Shown: positions 1-9,322 of the stretch, piece after piece
How the letters are laid out: each line of letters opens with the position of its first letter
Numbering within the stretch: position 1 is the stretch's first letter
Assembly: GCA_033763315.1 (NCBI GenBank)
Contig: JANRKS010000021.1
Location: forward strand, 74,205 to 138,204
Source of the DNA: Deltaproteobacteria bacterium
Lineage (GTDB): Bacteria; Myxococcota_A; Polyangia; Fen-1088
Direction of reading: 5' to 3'
DNA length: 64,000 nt
Notes under the pieces: generated by a model
Database searches by the model: none
Seen by the model: only the letters and a program-made list of their open reading frames with translations
What the model was told of the DNA's origin: nothing
Position numbers and translations under genes: made by a program

Positions 1-180
1 TTCTGCGCTTTCGCGCGGCAACAGCTCTTTGAGGTCGGACCGCAGCCGCAGCTGCGTGGCGTAGCCCCACAACGCGGCCGTGGCGACCAGCGCCAGAAAC
101 ACGGTGGTTCTGCAGCGGGTCCTGGTTACATTTACCAAAGCGTCAACGGCGCCAAAGAACCCGGAAGCGAGGGTAGGCAT
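1..180 (-). CDS. MMPL/RND-family lipid transporter, 5' part only (runs off the left window edge)
   Basis: Not in the ORF track. Manual translation from ATG at 180 (-) gives MPTLASGFFGAVDALVNVTRTRCRTTVFLALVATAALWGYATQLRLRSDLKELLPRESAE: a TM helix followed by SDLKELLP, matching ADLQELLP at the same position in the MMPL at 2928-5351. Confidence 0.65.
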   Translation of the reverse strand, partial: MPTLASGFFGAVDALVNVTRTRCRTTVFLALVATAALWGYATQLRLRSDLKELLPRESAE

Positions 181-314
181 ACGTCTGCCCGTTTATCGCG
201 CGGGCTTTGGCCGTCAACCATTCACTTGGCAAACCTTGCGTGGCAAATGTGACGACTTTGCGGCAGCGCTTTGACATGCGCACGGGGCTCACAACGATGT
301 GCCAGGATGCGCGG

Positions 315-1247
315 ATGATCCCTGCCACGGCTCATTTCATCTGGTTGGGCCCCGCCTTTCCGTGGTTCAACGTCCTCGCGGTTCGCTCCGCACTTGATCG
401 CGGTGAATTCGATAAGGCTGTGATTCATCATGACCACCCACCACACGCCGGCAACTGGTCGGCGTTGCTGGTGGATGACCGCGTGCACGCGCGGCGAATC
501 GACGTGAAACAAATGTGTGAGGCCGCGGGCGTTCCTGCGCATCCCATCACAAGCTTGCTCAGCGAACTTGTGGCGCCGGCCGCGCGATCAAACGTGCTGC
601 GTTGTTTGGCGCTGGCAGGCGAAGGCGGCGTATACCTTGATACCGATACCGTAACCATTCGCACGCTCACCGATCTGCGACAAGCCAATGGCGTGTTTTG
701 CGGCCAAGAGCGCGTGGCGGCACCTGCTCGCTGGCAGTCGCCGGGCTGGCGCCGGACATGGTCCTGGGCGTTGATGGGCGTGCGGCACGCGTTTCGGGCG
801 TGGCCACGCGGTTATGTGCCGTTTCGTCGCATCGAGCGGCTTTATCCCTTGGCGGTAAACAACGCTGTGCTTGGAAGCGTCCCCCATCACCCGTTGCTGA
901 TGACGCTGTTGGCCGCGATGGTCAACATGTCACCCGAACGGCGAAAGCGCCGCTTTGCACTCGGCACGCACTTGCTTCAACAGCACATCGAGCGTGAGGC
1001 GCACGACGGGGTCCGCGTGTATCCGCCCGACTTTTTCTATCCCCTGCCCCCAGCCATCGCCGATCATTGGTTTCGCAGCCACAGCAAACACGACGTGGAC
1101 CGCGTGGTTTCAGCAAACACCCGAGTTGTTCATTGGTATGGCTCTCACCATCGCAGGACCCACATGCAGCGGCTCGATCCCGCGTATGTGAAAGCCAACG
1201 CGAAACAGCAGATGCTAAGCCAGCTGGCGGCGCCCTTTTGTGGGTGA
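315..1247 (+). CDS. DXD-motif glycosyltransferase, GT32/Gly_transf_sug type (SUR1/A4GALT-like)
   Basis: IPATAHFIWLG N-terminus, RSNVLR...EGGVYLDTD (DxD), NNAVLG, FFYP, VVHWY; start placed at ATG 315 rather than TTG 207. Confidence 0.8.
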   Translation: MIPATAHFIWLGPAFPWFNVLAVRSALDRGEFDKAVIHHDHPPHAGNWSALLVDDRVHARRIDVKQMCEAAGVPAHPITSLLSELVAPAARSNVLRCLALAGEGGVYLDTDTVTIRTLTDLRQANGVFCGQERVAAPARWQSPGWRRTWSWALMGVRHAFRAWPRGYVPFRRIERLYPLAVNNAVLGSVPHHPLLMTLLAAMVNMSPERRKRRFALGTHLLQQHIEREAHDGVRVYPPDFFYPLPPAIADHWFRSHSKHDVDRVVSANTRVVHWYGSHHRRTHMQRLDPAYVKANAKQQMLSQLAAPFCG

Positions 1248-1251
1248 GGTG

Positions 1252-3066
1252 ATGAACCGCATCAGCGCCTGGCTGCGCAACGATCTGAGGGTGCTGCGCT
1301 TTGCCGCTGCCTATGCCTTGTTCCAGTTTGTCTTAAGCTTCTGGGACCTGCCTGGCAGCCACGGTTGGGACAACGATGGCGTCGCCCCACGCGACATTTT
1401 CGGGGGCCTTGCGAACAACCTTACGCCGGGTCACGCGCACCGCTACCCGCTGTTCCATTACCTTGTCATCGCGATCTTGAGCTGCCCGGCTTGGTTGACC
1501 GCGGTGATCGCCTCACCCGATTGGCACATGGAATCCCTTAAAGCCAGCTTGCTGGCGGTCCCCGTCATGACGGCAGTCTCGATCGTTGCCAAGGCGCTCA
1601 GCGCAGTCATGTCAGGTGTGGCGCTGGTGGCCTTGGCCTCAATCTGTCGCGCTTGTTTTGATCAAGGCAGCGCCCGGTGGGCAGTGTTCGCGGCGGCGTT
1701 GAATTTCTCTTTCTCGTACTACGCCCGCAGCACAAATTTGGATGCGCCGTACCTTATGTGGGTTTGCCTGGCGGTCGATCGAGCCGTGGCGAACAAAGAC
1801 GCTGGTCTCACACAAGTGCGCAGCCACTTGATCTGGATGGGTGTGTTTGCCGCGCTCGGCGTGGCCACAAAAGATCAGGCTTATGCGCCGTTGTTGCCGG
1901 TGCTGCTTTGGGCGTTGTTCACCCCGATGGCAGGCACGACCTTCCTTGCCCGCTGTCGGTGGCTGTGCCTGGCCGCTGCGCCCACGTATGCGCTCGCAAG
2001 CGGGGCGGCTTTGAACCCCACCGGCTTCTTGGCACGATCGAGGTTGTTGACGGGACCCAACAACGATCAATGGCAAACCTACGAAGCCACTTTGACCGGA
2101 CTGCAGGCAAACGTTGCGGACCTCGCAACCGCTTTGCCTTCGTTTTGGTGGCCGACGCCGGTGCTGGCGGTTGGCACGCTGGCAGCCGTTGTGTGCCTCG
2201 GCCGCCTTCGGCGCGACCGTCACTTGCCGCAAGCGCTCACCATCGTGCCTCTGATGGCGGGATTAGGAAACCTTGTCCTCTTTGCGTTGCTGGTGAGACG
2301 CAGCGATCATCGCTTCGTTCTGCCTTTTGGCTTTTTCATGGCCATCTACGTGGGGTATTCGGTTCGGCGCGCGCTCGCATGGGCACCAACGCAAAATTGG
2401 ATCGCACCGGTGGCCGCGTGCGCTTTGATGGCCCTTATGCTGCCATCGCCTTTGGCGCTCGTGATCACCCAATGGACAGACGCGCGGCACCCGTTGACTG
2501 ATTGGTTGGCGGCGCATGCCCGTGGCCGCGTGGTGGAGACCTATGGAGGCCTCGTCTATCAACCACACGTTGAGCGACTTACCGGCGTCACGGTCAACCG
2601 GGTGGAGACATCACAGCCGCGTTTGCGAAACCCTTTGCTCGGTGCCAATGAAGTTTGGGGCGAGCCCTCCGGAGCCGCGGCCCGCGGCGCCGACATCATC
2701 CTTATCTCGCAAGCGTATGCCGAGCGATTTATCGAGCATCCGTCCGCCCACGGCCGAAGGCGGCCCGCCTGGCAAGCAGAAGCACAAGCCTCTTCACAGC
2801 GCACCGCCTTTTTCCGGGGCGCGTTGGCGGGCACGGTGCCAGGTTACCAGTTGGCTTGGCAAAGCCGCCTTTCGCCAGCCGTGTCGACGTTGCACGCGCA
2901 AGCACTGCGCGTGCACGGCAGCACAGGTTACGGCTGGCTGGTTTTCACGCGCGAAAAAGCCGGCAGCACGATCAACACCACCAGCACAGCCATAAACTCG
3001 CCGACCACAGCCGACCATCCAAAACTACGAAGCGCCCCAGAGAACGCCATCAGCAGTGAGCCATAG
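1252..3066 (+). CDS. Polytopic membrane glycosyltransferase, GT-C/ArnT-PMT-like
   Basis: Many TM segments; N-terminal loop GWDNDG, YPLFHY, NLDAPY, ATKDQAY, HRFVLP typical of lipid-linked-sugar GT-C enzymes; starts 4 nt after the upstream GT stop. Confidence 0.6.
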   Translation: MNRISAWLRNDLRVLRFAAAYALFQFVLSFWDLPGSHGWDNDGVAPRDIFGGLANNLTPGHAHRYPLFHYLVIAILSCPAWLTAVIASPDWHMESLKASLLAVPVMTAVSIVAKALSAVMSGVALVALASICRACFDQGSARWAVFAAALNFSFSYYARSTNLDAPYLMWVCLAVDRAVANKDAGLTQVRSHLIWMGVFAALGVATKDQAYAPLLPVLLWALFTPMAGTTFLARCRWLCLAAAPTYALASGAALNPTGFLARSRLLTGPNNDQWQTYEATLTGLQANVADLATALPSFWWPTPVLAVGTLAAVVCLGRLRRDRHLPQALTIVPLMAGLGNLVLFALLVRRSDHRFVLPFGFFMAIYVGYSVRRALAWAPTQNWIAPVAACALMALMLPSPLALVITQWTDARHPLTDWLAAHARGRVVETYGGLVYQPHVERLTGVTVNRVETSQPRLRNPLLGANEVWGEPSGAAARGADIILISQAYAERFIEHPSAHGRRRPAWQAEAQASSQRTAFFRGALAGTVPGYQLAWQSRLSPAVSTLHAQALRVHGSTGYGWLVFTREKAGSTINTTSTAINSPTTADHPKLRSAPENAISSEP

Positions 3067-5351
3067 CCCACAACCGTTGTCAGCGAACAAAGCAGAATCG
3101 CGCCGCCCATGCGTGCGCACGCCGCACGCGCGTTCAAGCCCAAACCATCCATCGCTCCATACAAGTTCAGCAGATAGTCGGCACCCACGCCGATCGTAAT
3201 GGGCACGGCGGCAAAATTGAGCATGTTTACGCGAATGCCAGCGCCCACCACCAGAATCTGCGCCACAAGCGCCACAGGACCAATGACCAACGCCGCAATC
3301 ACCACTCGGCTAGGCTTTTGATAATAAAGCACGACAAGCAGCGAAAGCACGAGCAAGAAAACCACACACACCACGCGCGGGGCCTCCGCATGCACAAGTT
3401 TGAACAACGCGGCCATGAAAAGGAACGGCCCCCCTACCACCACCGAAGAAGGCTTCGGCGTGCTCTCGATCGCTTCGGCCAAGGTTATCATGTGGCGGCC
3501 ATCGCCGTAGTCGATCGCGGTGGACGGATAGATCAAAACCGTCTTATCGCTGCTGCCATCGCGCTCGATCAGATTGCGCAACAGAGGAGGAGGAACCTCG
3601 GCGCGCGTGACGAGCGACAAACCTGCATCGCTCCACCACAAGTCGAGGTGTTGTTTGATGTCCGTGGGCAGGTTCTCCTCGTCTGCCAGCGCCATTTGTG
3701 CTTGCAAACGTTTCAGTTTTGCGAAGCGCCGCTCTTGCTCGGCGGCTTTGGGCACGAACGTTTCAATGGTTTCGATGCGATCCACCAACGGTCGCGGCAC
3801 ATTCTTCAACGACGCCTCAAATGCACCGGCCATCGCTTCACGGTCGCTGGGGTTTGTTGCCAAACCGATGACCGGGTTCACCCACGATCCAAACAAGCGG
3901 TTCATTGTGGCGTCCCATGAGGCGCTGCCCGTCGCCAGGGAACGACGGTTGCGTAGCACCTCCAGGCGCATCTCGTAAAGGCCATGGCGGCGGACCTGCC
4001 AGAGGCCCACACCACACAAAGCCGCGGTCAGCGTGATCAGCGCCAAGGCCGTGCCTTTGGCCAGCCAGGGCGTGAAGAAAAACCTGCGCACCTGACGTTC
4101 CACAGATGTGGCCTCGGCGCCGAGACGTTGTGGCCGCAACCAGGCAATCGCGATCGGCAAACAAAGGTATGTCATCAGCCACGTAGCGATCATGCCAAAG
4201 CCACCAAGGTAGCCGAACTGCGAAAAGCCTCGAAAGCCCGAGACCGCAAGCCCCCCGTAGGCCGCAGAGGCGGTGGCCGCCGCGCCTAACGTGCCCGGCA
4301 AAGCGGCGCGGGCGGCACCCACGATCGCGAATGGCAAACGTTCCTGCGTTTCCCGACGCCGATAGAACGACAAAAACAGAAGCGGATAGTTGATGCCGTT
4401 GCCCGCGATGATCGAACCTAAAAAGGCGGTATTGGAGTTCAGGTGTCCCACCATCAGGCGCCCCAGCCCAAACGCGAATAAGAGGCCGGGCAGCAAAGCC
4501 GCCAAAGCGGCGACGACGCTGGTTAGGGATCGGAAATAGAGTGCAACAAGCGCCGTCACTAACACGAGCACCACAATCGATGTGGAAGACAAGTCCGCGA
4601 TGATCGCATCGTGTTCGTCGATAAAATTGGCCGCGTCGCCGGTGTAGGCCACGTTTACGCCCTGGGGAACGCCGGTGCGTTCAACTTGCTTCTGCACATC
4701 CGCTTTGAGAAGCCGCGCGGTATCGATGTCAACGTCCGAACCGCGTAACCAAACGATGGCGATGACCGTATCGCCTTCCGGAGTTTCGAGGTACCCGTTG
4801 GGGAATCGATCCTTGGCCGCGACGTCCGCCTGAACCCGCCGCTGCAAGCTCAGCCAATCGTCGTCCTTGTCTCCGTCGTCGAGTGACACGAACAGCGGAT
4901 TGGCCCTTGCCTTGCGCTTGTTGATGGCGACGGCTACGTCATCCACGAGCGAGTCGAATTGTTGGGTCGACATGAGCAGCGGTGCCCGCAGGCGCAACCA
5001 CCTGCGCTCAGCCCGCACATCCGCTTGCACCCAAGCAACGCGCGGGGCCCCTGACGCACGCAGATTGGTTGCCAAGGCTTCGATGAATGCACGGTTCTTC
5101 TCGGGGAACTTGCCGTGCGCCACCACCGTGATGTGTCCCTGGCTGGGGATACGGTCGTGGATGCTCTGCAGCGCCCGCGCGGCTTGCGAATCGGTCGGCA
5201 ACAGCTCTTGCAGATCGGCTTTGACGCTCGTAAAAAGCTGCACCGTTTGCCAAGCTGGCCACGCGCACGCCAACATCACAAGTGCGGCCGCCACGCGTGG
5301 CGCGCGGCAAACCGCGCGCACGTATTGAGCGTACCAAGAGCTAAGCGACAT
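2928..5351 (-). CDS. MMPL/RND-family transporter (HpnN-like)
   Basis: Two repeats of periplasmic domain + TM bundle; GNGINY and GVGADY motifs, CSLTTVVGYGSL; likely start MSLSSW at 5351, overlapping the upstream GT stop. Confidence 0.85.
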   Translation of the reverse strand: MSLSSWYAQYVRAVCRAPRVAAALVMLACAWPAWQTVQLFTSVKADLQELLPTDSQAARALQSIHDRIPSQGHITVVAHGKFPEKNRAFIEALATNLRASGAPRVAWVQADVRAERRWLRLRAPLLMSTQQFDSLVDDVAVAINKRKARANPLFVSLDDGDKDDDWLSLQRRVQADVAAKDRFPNGYLETPEGDTVIAIVWLRGSDVDIDTARLLKADVQKQVERTGVPQGVNVAYTGDAANFIDEHDAIIADLSSTSIVVLVLVTALVALYFRSLTSVVAALAALLPGLLFAFGLGRLMVGHLNSNTAFLGSIIAGNGINYPLLFLSFYRRRETQERLPFAIVGAARAALPGTLGAAATASAAYGGLAVSGFRGFSQFGYLGGFGMIATWLMTYLCLPIAIAWLRPQRLGAEATSVERQVRRFFFTPWLAKGTALALITLTAALCGVGLWQVRRHGLYEMRLEVLRNRRSLATGSASWDATMNRLFGSWVNPVIGLATNPSDREAMAGAFEASLKNVPRPLVDRIETIETFVPKAAEQERRFAKLKRLQAQMALADEENLPTDIKQHLDLWWSDAGLSLVTRAEVPPPLLRNLIERDGSSDKTVLIYPSTAIDYGDGRHMITLAEAIESTPKPSSVVVGGPFLFMAALFKLVHAEAPRVVCVVFLLVLSLLVVLYYQKPSRVVIAALVIGPVALVAQILVVGAGIRVNMLNFAAVPITIGVGADYLLNLYGAMDGLGLNARAACARMGGAILLCSLTTVVGYGSLLMAFSGALRSFGWSAVVGEFMAVLVVLIVLPAFSRVKTSQP

Positions 5352-6801
5352 ACGGCTCGTGCAGGGGCGCGGCTTGCAAAGGCAAGCCAAGATCGCGCAG
5401 GGCCTGTTCGGTCTCGTCCCACAAGGGAGCCAACCGCTTGTGGCGATTGACAACCGCGGGCGGCCGCATCAGACCAGCAAGGTATGCGAGCATATGCGTG
5501 ACGCTCCACCGTCCCAGAGCACGGTTACGCGCCATGAATGTGGATGACGGTGCTTGAGAGCGGCAGTGTTCGCGGGCGAGCTCAAACGCCTCGTAGTGTT
5601 TCGCAATCGCCCTTTGCGGCGTACACAACGATTGGGCTCGGCGCCGCGCCGCCTCCGAAACAGCGCGGCGGCGAACCGGGTTCATAAGCAATGACAAGGT
5701 GGCCGCAGCGAACGCTAGATTGGCCTGCGTTTCGGGTTGCGGCTCAATCAACATGCCGGTCTCGTCATCTTCAATTTGGTGGCTTACCCCCATACCATCG
5801 GCAAACGCGACAGCCGGCAAACCACACCACGCCGCTTCACTTATCACCTGCCCATACGTTTCTGACAGCGACGTGTAGACGAAGAGATCCGCGTGGCGGT
5901 ACCAAACAGGCGCCATGCTCGCGGCGCATTCCCCAGGGAAGAAGGTGCGGTGGGCCACGCCCAGTTCATGCGCGAGGGCGCGAAACGCGTCGTGGTCGGG
6001 GCCGTCGCCCACCAACGTCAATGTGGCGTCGGGCGCATAGGGAGCGATTTGCTGCGCGAAAATACAGAGCAGCCGAGCGATGGCTTTTTCGCGTGTATGG
6101 CGGCAGAGCACCAGCAAACGTCCGCCGCGTTTGGCTGTGGGATCGAAGGGATCGCTGTCGCCGGGGGCCTCGAACATTTGTACGTCGATGCTTCGGGGAA
6201 TGACAGAGATGGGCACGTGAACGCCGCGGTCCTGCCAGTAGTGCTTCAGCCCCTCCGACAGCACGATCAGTCCGTCGCTGCGGTTGTAGGTTGCCGCCGC
6301 TTGCTTTTCCAACTTCGGAACCGCCCATTGCTCCAAGAACCGGCGCACGCGCGCGCTGCGGTTCAGCCAATCCGGAAGTACGACGTTGTAAACACTAGGG
6401 AGGTGAATGGTGTTCACGCAAAGAAACGGCACGCGCTTCGCCAAACGTAAGAACACGCCATACTCAGTGAACGCCGATCCTGTTTGGCCCAAGAGCACAT
6501 CGAAGTCGGCCTGCACGCCCGCACGCAGCGCCGCCCGCGACGGCAACGGCAGCTGAACACCGGGATGATTACGCAACGGAATGGCCGGCACCATGAGATG
6601 CCGCCGAGGCAACTCACGAGCGGTTGCCAACGGATCATGGGGCCCCACGACGGTCACTTGATGCCCGCGCCTCACAAACTCCCGATAGAGGCGCTGCGAA
6701 GCGAATGACGACCCGTTCGCGTAGGGAATCCTCACGTAGTCATTGAGGATACCGATGTGGTGCGGCCAAGCGGGCCCTTGTGCCTCTTGCATGGGTGCCA
6801 T
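5341..6801 (-). CDS. GT4-family glycosyltransferase
   Basis: GT-B motifs: RRGHQVTVVGP, LVGDGP, ADLFVYTSLSETYGQVISEAAWCGLP (ExxGxxxxE). Confidence 0.85.
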   Translation of the reverse strand: MAPMQEAQGPAWPHHIGILNDYVRIPYANGSSFASQRLYREFVRRGHQVTVVGPHDPLATARELPRRHLMVPAIPLRNHPGVQLPLPSRAALRAGVQADFDVLLGQTGSAFTEYGVFLRLAKRVPFLCVNTIHLPSVYNVVLPDWLNRSARVRRFLEQWAVPKLEKQAAATYNRSDGLIVLSEGLKHYWQDRGVHVPISVIPRSIDVQMFEAPGDSDPFDPTAKRGGRLLVLCRHTREKAIARLLCIFAQQIAPYAPDATLTLVGDGPDHDAFRALAHELGVAHRTFFPGECAASMAPVWYRHADLFVYTSLSETYGQVISEAAWCGLPAVAFADGMGVSHQIEDDETGMLIEPQPETQANLAFAAATLSLLMNPVRRRAVSEAARRRAQSLCTPQRAIAKHYEAFELAREHCRSQAPSSTFMARNRALGRWSVTHMLAYLAGLMRPPAVVNRHKRLAPLWDETEQALRDLGLPLQAAPLHEPYVA

Positions 6802-6888
6802 TGTTTACCCGAGGGGCACGCCCTCAACTGTGACAATATGGTTCATCAGTAACGGCCCCCGCCCCGTCAATGTCACACAGCTGGCAAA

Positions 6889-8094
6889 TCACGCCACGGC
6901 GCCCGCGACAGGCTGAGTGGGTTCAAGGCGGCGCGTGCCCTTGTGGACCAACGCTTCGTGATAGGCGTAGCTCAAGCGGCGCAGCACGGCCGGCCACGTG
7001 AGGTGCCTCAAGATGTACGCGCGGCCTCGCTCACCCATGACTTCGCGATCGGCGCGAGAATGTAGGAGCAGCATTTCCAGAGCGCCCGCAAGCGAGATCG
7101 CGTTGGCAGCCGTAAAGGTGACCCCGCACCCACTCTTCTCTACGAGATCTTTCACAGCGCCAGCGTCAGCTCCCACAACCGGCGTGCCGCACGCCATCGC
7201 TTCGGCCGTCACAAATGAAAAGGTTTCGGCGTGGCTCGGCACAACCACGGCCGTGCTTTGGCTGAGAAGCTCGGCCATCTCTTCTCGCCGGGTGACCGGC
7301 TCGTGCACGCTTAGCCAGGGGCGGTCTTGAGCTGCCATCGTGAGCTTTTTGCGCAAGGGCCCCTCGCCCACGAGCCTCAGCCGCGCACCGGTGCGCGCGT
7401 GGACCGACGCAAACGCGTTAAGCAACAGCGGCAGTTCCTTGTCTCGTGTGAAACGTCCTGCGTAGGTCACGAAAAGTGCAGCACCTGAATCACGCCGCCG
7501 CGGCGCAAACGTATCCACATCCACACCCAAGCCGACGTTGTGTACCCGATGGATGTTGTGCTCGGCCGCCGCGTCTTGCATGTGCCCAGAGGCGACCAGC
7601 GTGGCGTCGTAGTCTTCGTGCTGCCACGCCGCAAACCGCCACATGACTCCAGACAACACATCCGCACCGAGGTTCCACGGCAGCATCGCCGTGACATTTT
7701 GGACCACCTGCCTTGGATGGCTGTGGAAGAACCCAACCAATGCCGGTGGAATTGGCAGCGACGCAACGGCGCGCTTAACCATGTACGGCAGATGGTAGTG
7801 ACTGGCCAACTCCACAACGTCGGGCTCCAAATCACGAAGCTTTCGCTCAAGGCCGCCATTGAGCGCAAAGCGGCGATAAGAGTCGTTGCCTGCAAGCAGC
7901 GGTCCCTCAAGCTCATGCAGCCAGCCGTTGCCGAACGGCGTAACGCGGGTAACGGGGCCGGGCACAACAAAATGGCACTCCACGCGCTGGGGGTCGAGAA
8001 ACCTTGCCTTCTCGGTGTAGTAGCGTTTGATACCGCCACATGAACTCGAGAAGAAGCTGCTGACGTCGACCACGCGAATGCTTTGCAAGGACAT
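6889..8094 (-). CDS. GT4-family glycosyltransferase
   Basis: GGIKRY N-terminal motif, YAGRFTRDK, LVGEGP, PSHAETFSFVTAEAMACGTPVVG; start at ATG 8094. Confidence 0.85.
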   Translation of the reverse strand: MSLQSIRVVDVSSFFSSSCGGIKRYYTEKARFLDPQRVECHFVVPGPVTRVTPFGNGWLHELEGPLLAGNDSYRRFALNGGLERKLRDLEPDVVELASHYHLPYMVKRAVASLPIPPALVGFFHSHPRQVVQNVTAMLPWNLGADVLSGVMWRFAAWQHEDYDATLVASGHMQDAAAEHNIHRVHNVGLGVDVDTFAPRRRDSGAALFVTYAGRFTRDKELPLLLNAFASVHARTGARLRLVGEGPLRKKLTMAAQDRPWLSVHEPVTRREEMAELLSQSTAVVVPSHAETFSFVTAEAMACGTPVVGADAGAVKDLVEKSGCGVTFTAANAISLAGALEMLLLHSRADREVMGERGRAYILRHLTWPAVLRRLSYAYHEALVHKGTRRLEPTQPVAGAVA

Positions 8095-8261
8095 CGTGCC
8101 ACGACTGTTAGCGCAACGGACGCACATCATTGCGTGACAATTTGGAACACTCGCGCGACAAAATATTCACACGCAAGACGTCCGTCTCTCAACTTCGTCG
8201 CCAGCTCGTTGCTATGTGGTCATAAAAACGTCTTACGTGTGCTGCATCTTGGCCTGGCACC

Positions 8262-9320
8262 GTGAACGTTGAAGCCGGTCTTCAGAATCCAGCGCTGTCA
8301 GCACCGCCCACCATCCGTGGGTGGCGTGTGGTGGGCGTCGCCGCTGGCATCGCTGCAGCCACATACCTTGCGGCCCAAGCTGATTGGAGCAAAGCCCGGC
8401 TGCTGCTGAACCACATGGGCGCTTGGGCGCCTTTGGTGGTTCTTCCGTTTCTGCTAGCGATGTGCCTGGGAACCATCGCGTGGCGGCTCTGCCTGATTCA
8501 GCTGGGCAGGCGCTTGCCACTTTCTGCATTGCTCCGCGTGCGCATCATGGCTGAGATGGTGATGACCGTGGTGCCTGGCGGCGCCGTGATCACCGAAACG
8601 CTGAAACCGGTGTGGCTGCGCCGACGTTTCGGCGTTGAACTGGGCGACGGCGCCGCAAGCGTCGTGCTAACCAAGGCGCTCATTCTGCAAACAGCCGGTG
8701 CCTATTGGCTGTTGGCGTTGCTCTTGGCGTACCCACGCTGGGCTTCTGCAGGCGTCAGCATCGCTGGGCCCCTGCGCTGGGTTTGGCAAGGCCTGCCGGC
8801 CCTTGCCCTTGTAATGTGCGGCCTCGGTTGGCTGTTGATGCGGACACTCAAAACAGGCAGCGCCATGAAGCTGCTGCACAGTCTGTTCCGCCGCGTACCG
8901 ATTCCACCGCTACAGCGCGCGCTGGCCAAACAAGATCACCTCATGGCCGCAACCCACGGAAGCTTCGTCCGCTTCTTCGGTGACGGCGCCAATGCGGTGT
9001 GGTTGTGGGGCTTTGTGTTCACCCTGGGGCAATGGTTCGCCGAAGCGGTCGAGACGTTCTTGATTCTCCGGCTGCTCGGCGTTCACATTTCACCGACGGA
9101 CGCCCTGCTGGTGGAAAGCCTCTTGTCCACCGTCCGCGCGTTGGTGTTCTTCCTTCCTGGCGGCCTTGGCGCGCAAGAAGTGGCCGCGTTCTTTCTCTTT
9201 CAATTGGTGGGCGTTCCAAACGCAGAAGCAAGCACCACGGCGTGGGCTTTCACCAAACGGTCAAAAGAAGTTTTCTGGATCGTCACCGCAATCGGTCTCG
9301 GCTTGGTGAAAAGAAGGTAG
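8262..9320 (+). CDS. Lysylphosphatidylglycerol-synthase TM / flippase-like membrane protein (UPF0104, HpnL-like)
   Basis: About 8 TM segments, AWRLCL, VVPGG..ETLKP, FFLPGGLGAQE motif of the LPG_synthase_TM family. Confidence 0.75.
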   Translation: MNVEAGLQNPALSAPPTIRGWRVVGVAAGIAAATYLAAQADWSKARLLLNHMGAWAPLVVLPFLLAMCLGTIAWRLCLIQLGRRLPLSALLRVRIMAEMVMTVVPGGAVITETLKPVWLRRRFGVELGDGAASVVLTKALILQTAGAYWLLALLLAYPRWASAGVSIAGPLRWVWQGLPALALVMCGLGWLLMRTLKTGSAMKLLHSLFRRVPIPPLQRALAKQDHLMAATHGSFVRFFGDGANAVWLWGFVFTLGQWFAEAVETFLILRLLGVHISPTDALLVESLLSTVRALVFFLPGGLGAQEVAAFFLFQLVGVPNAEASTTAWAFTKRSKEVFWIVTAIGLGLVKRR

Positions 9321-9322
9321 TC

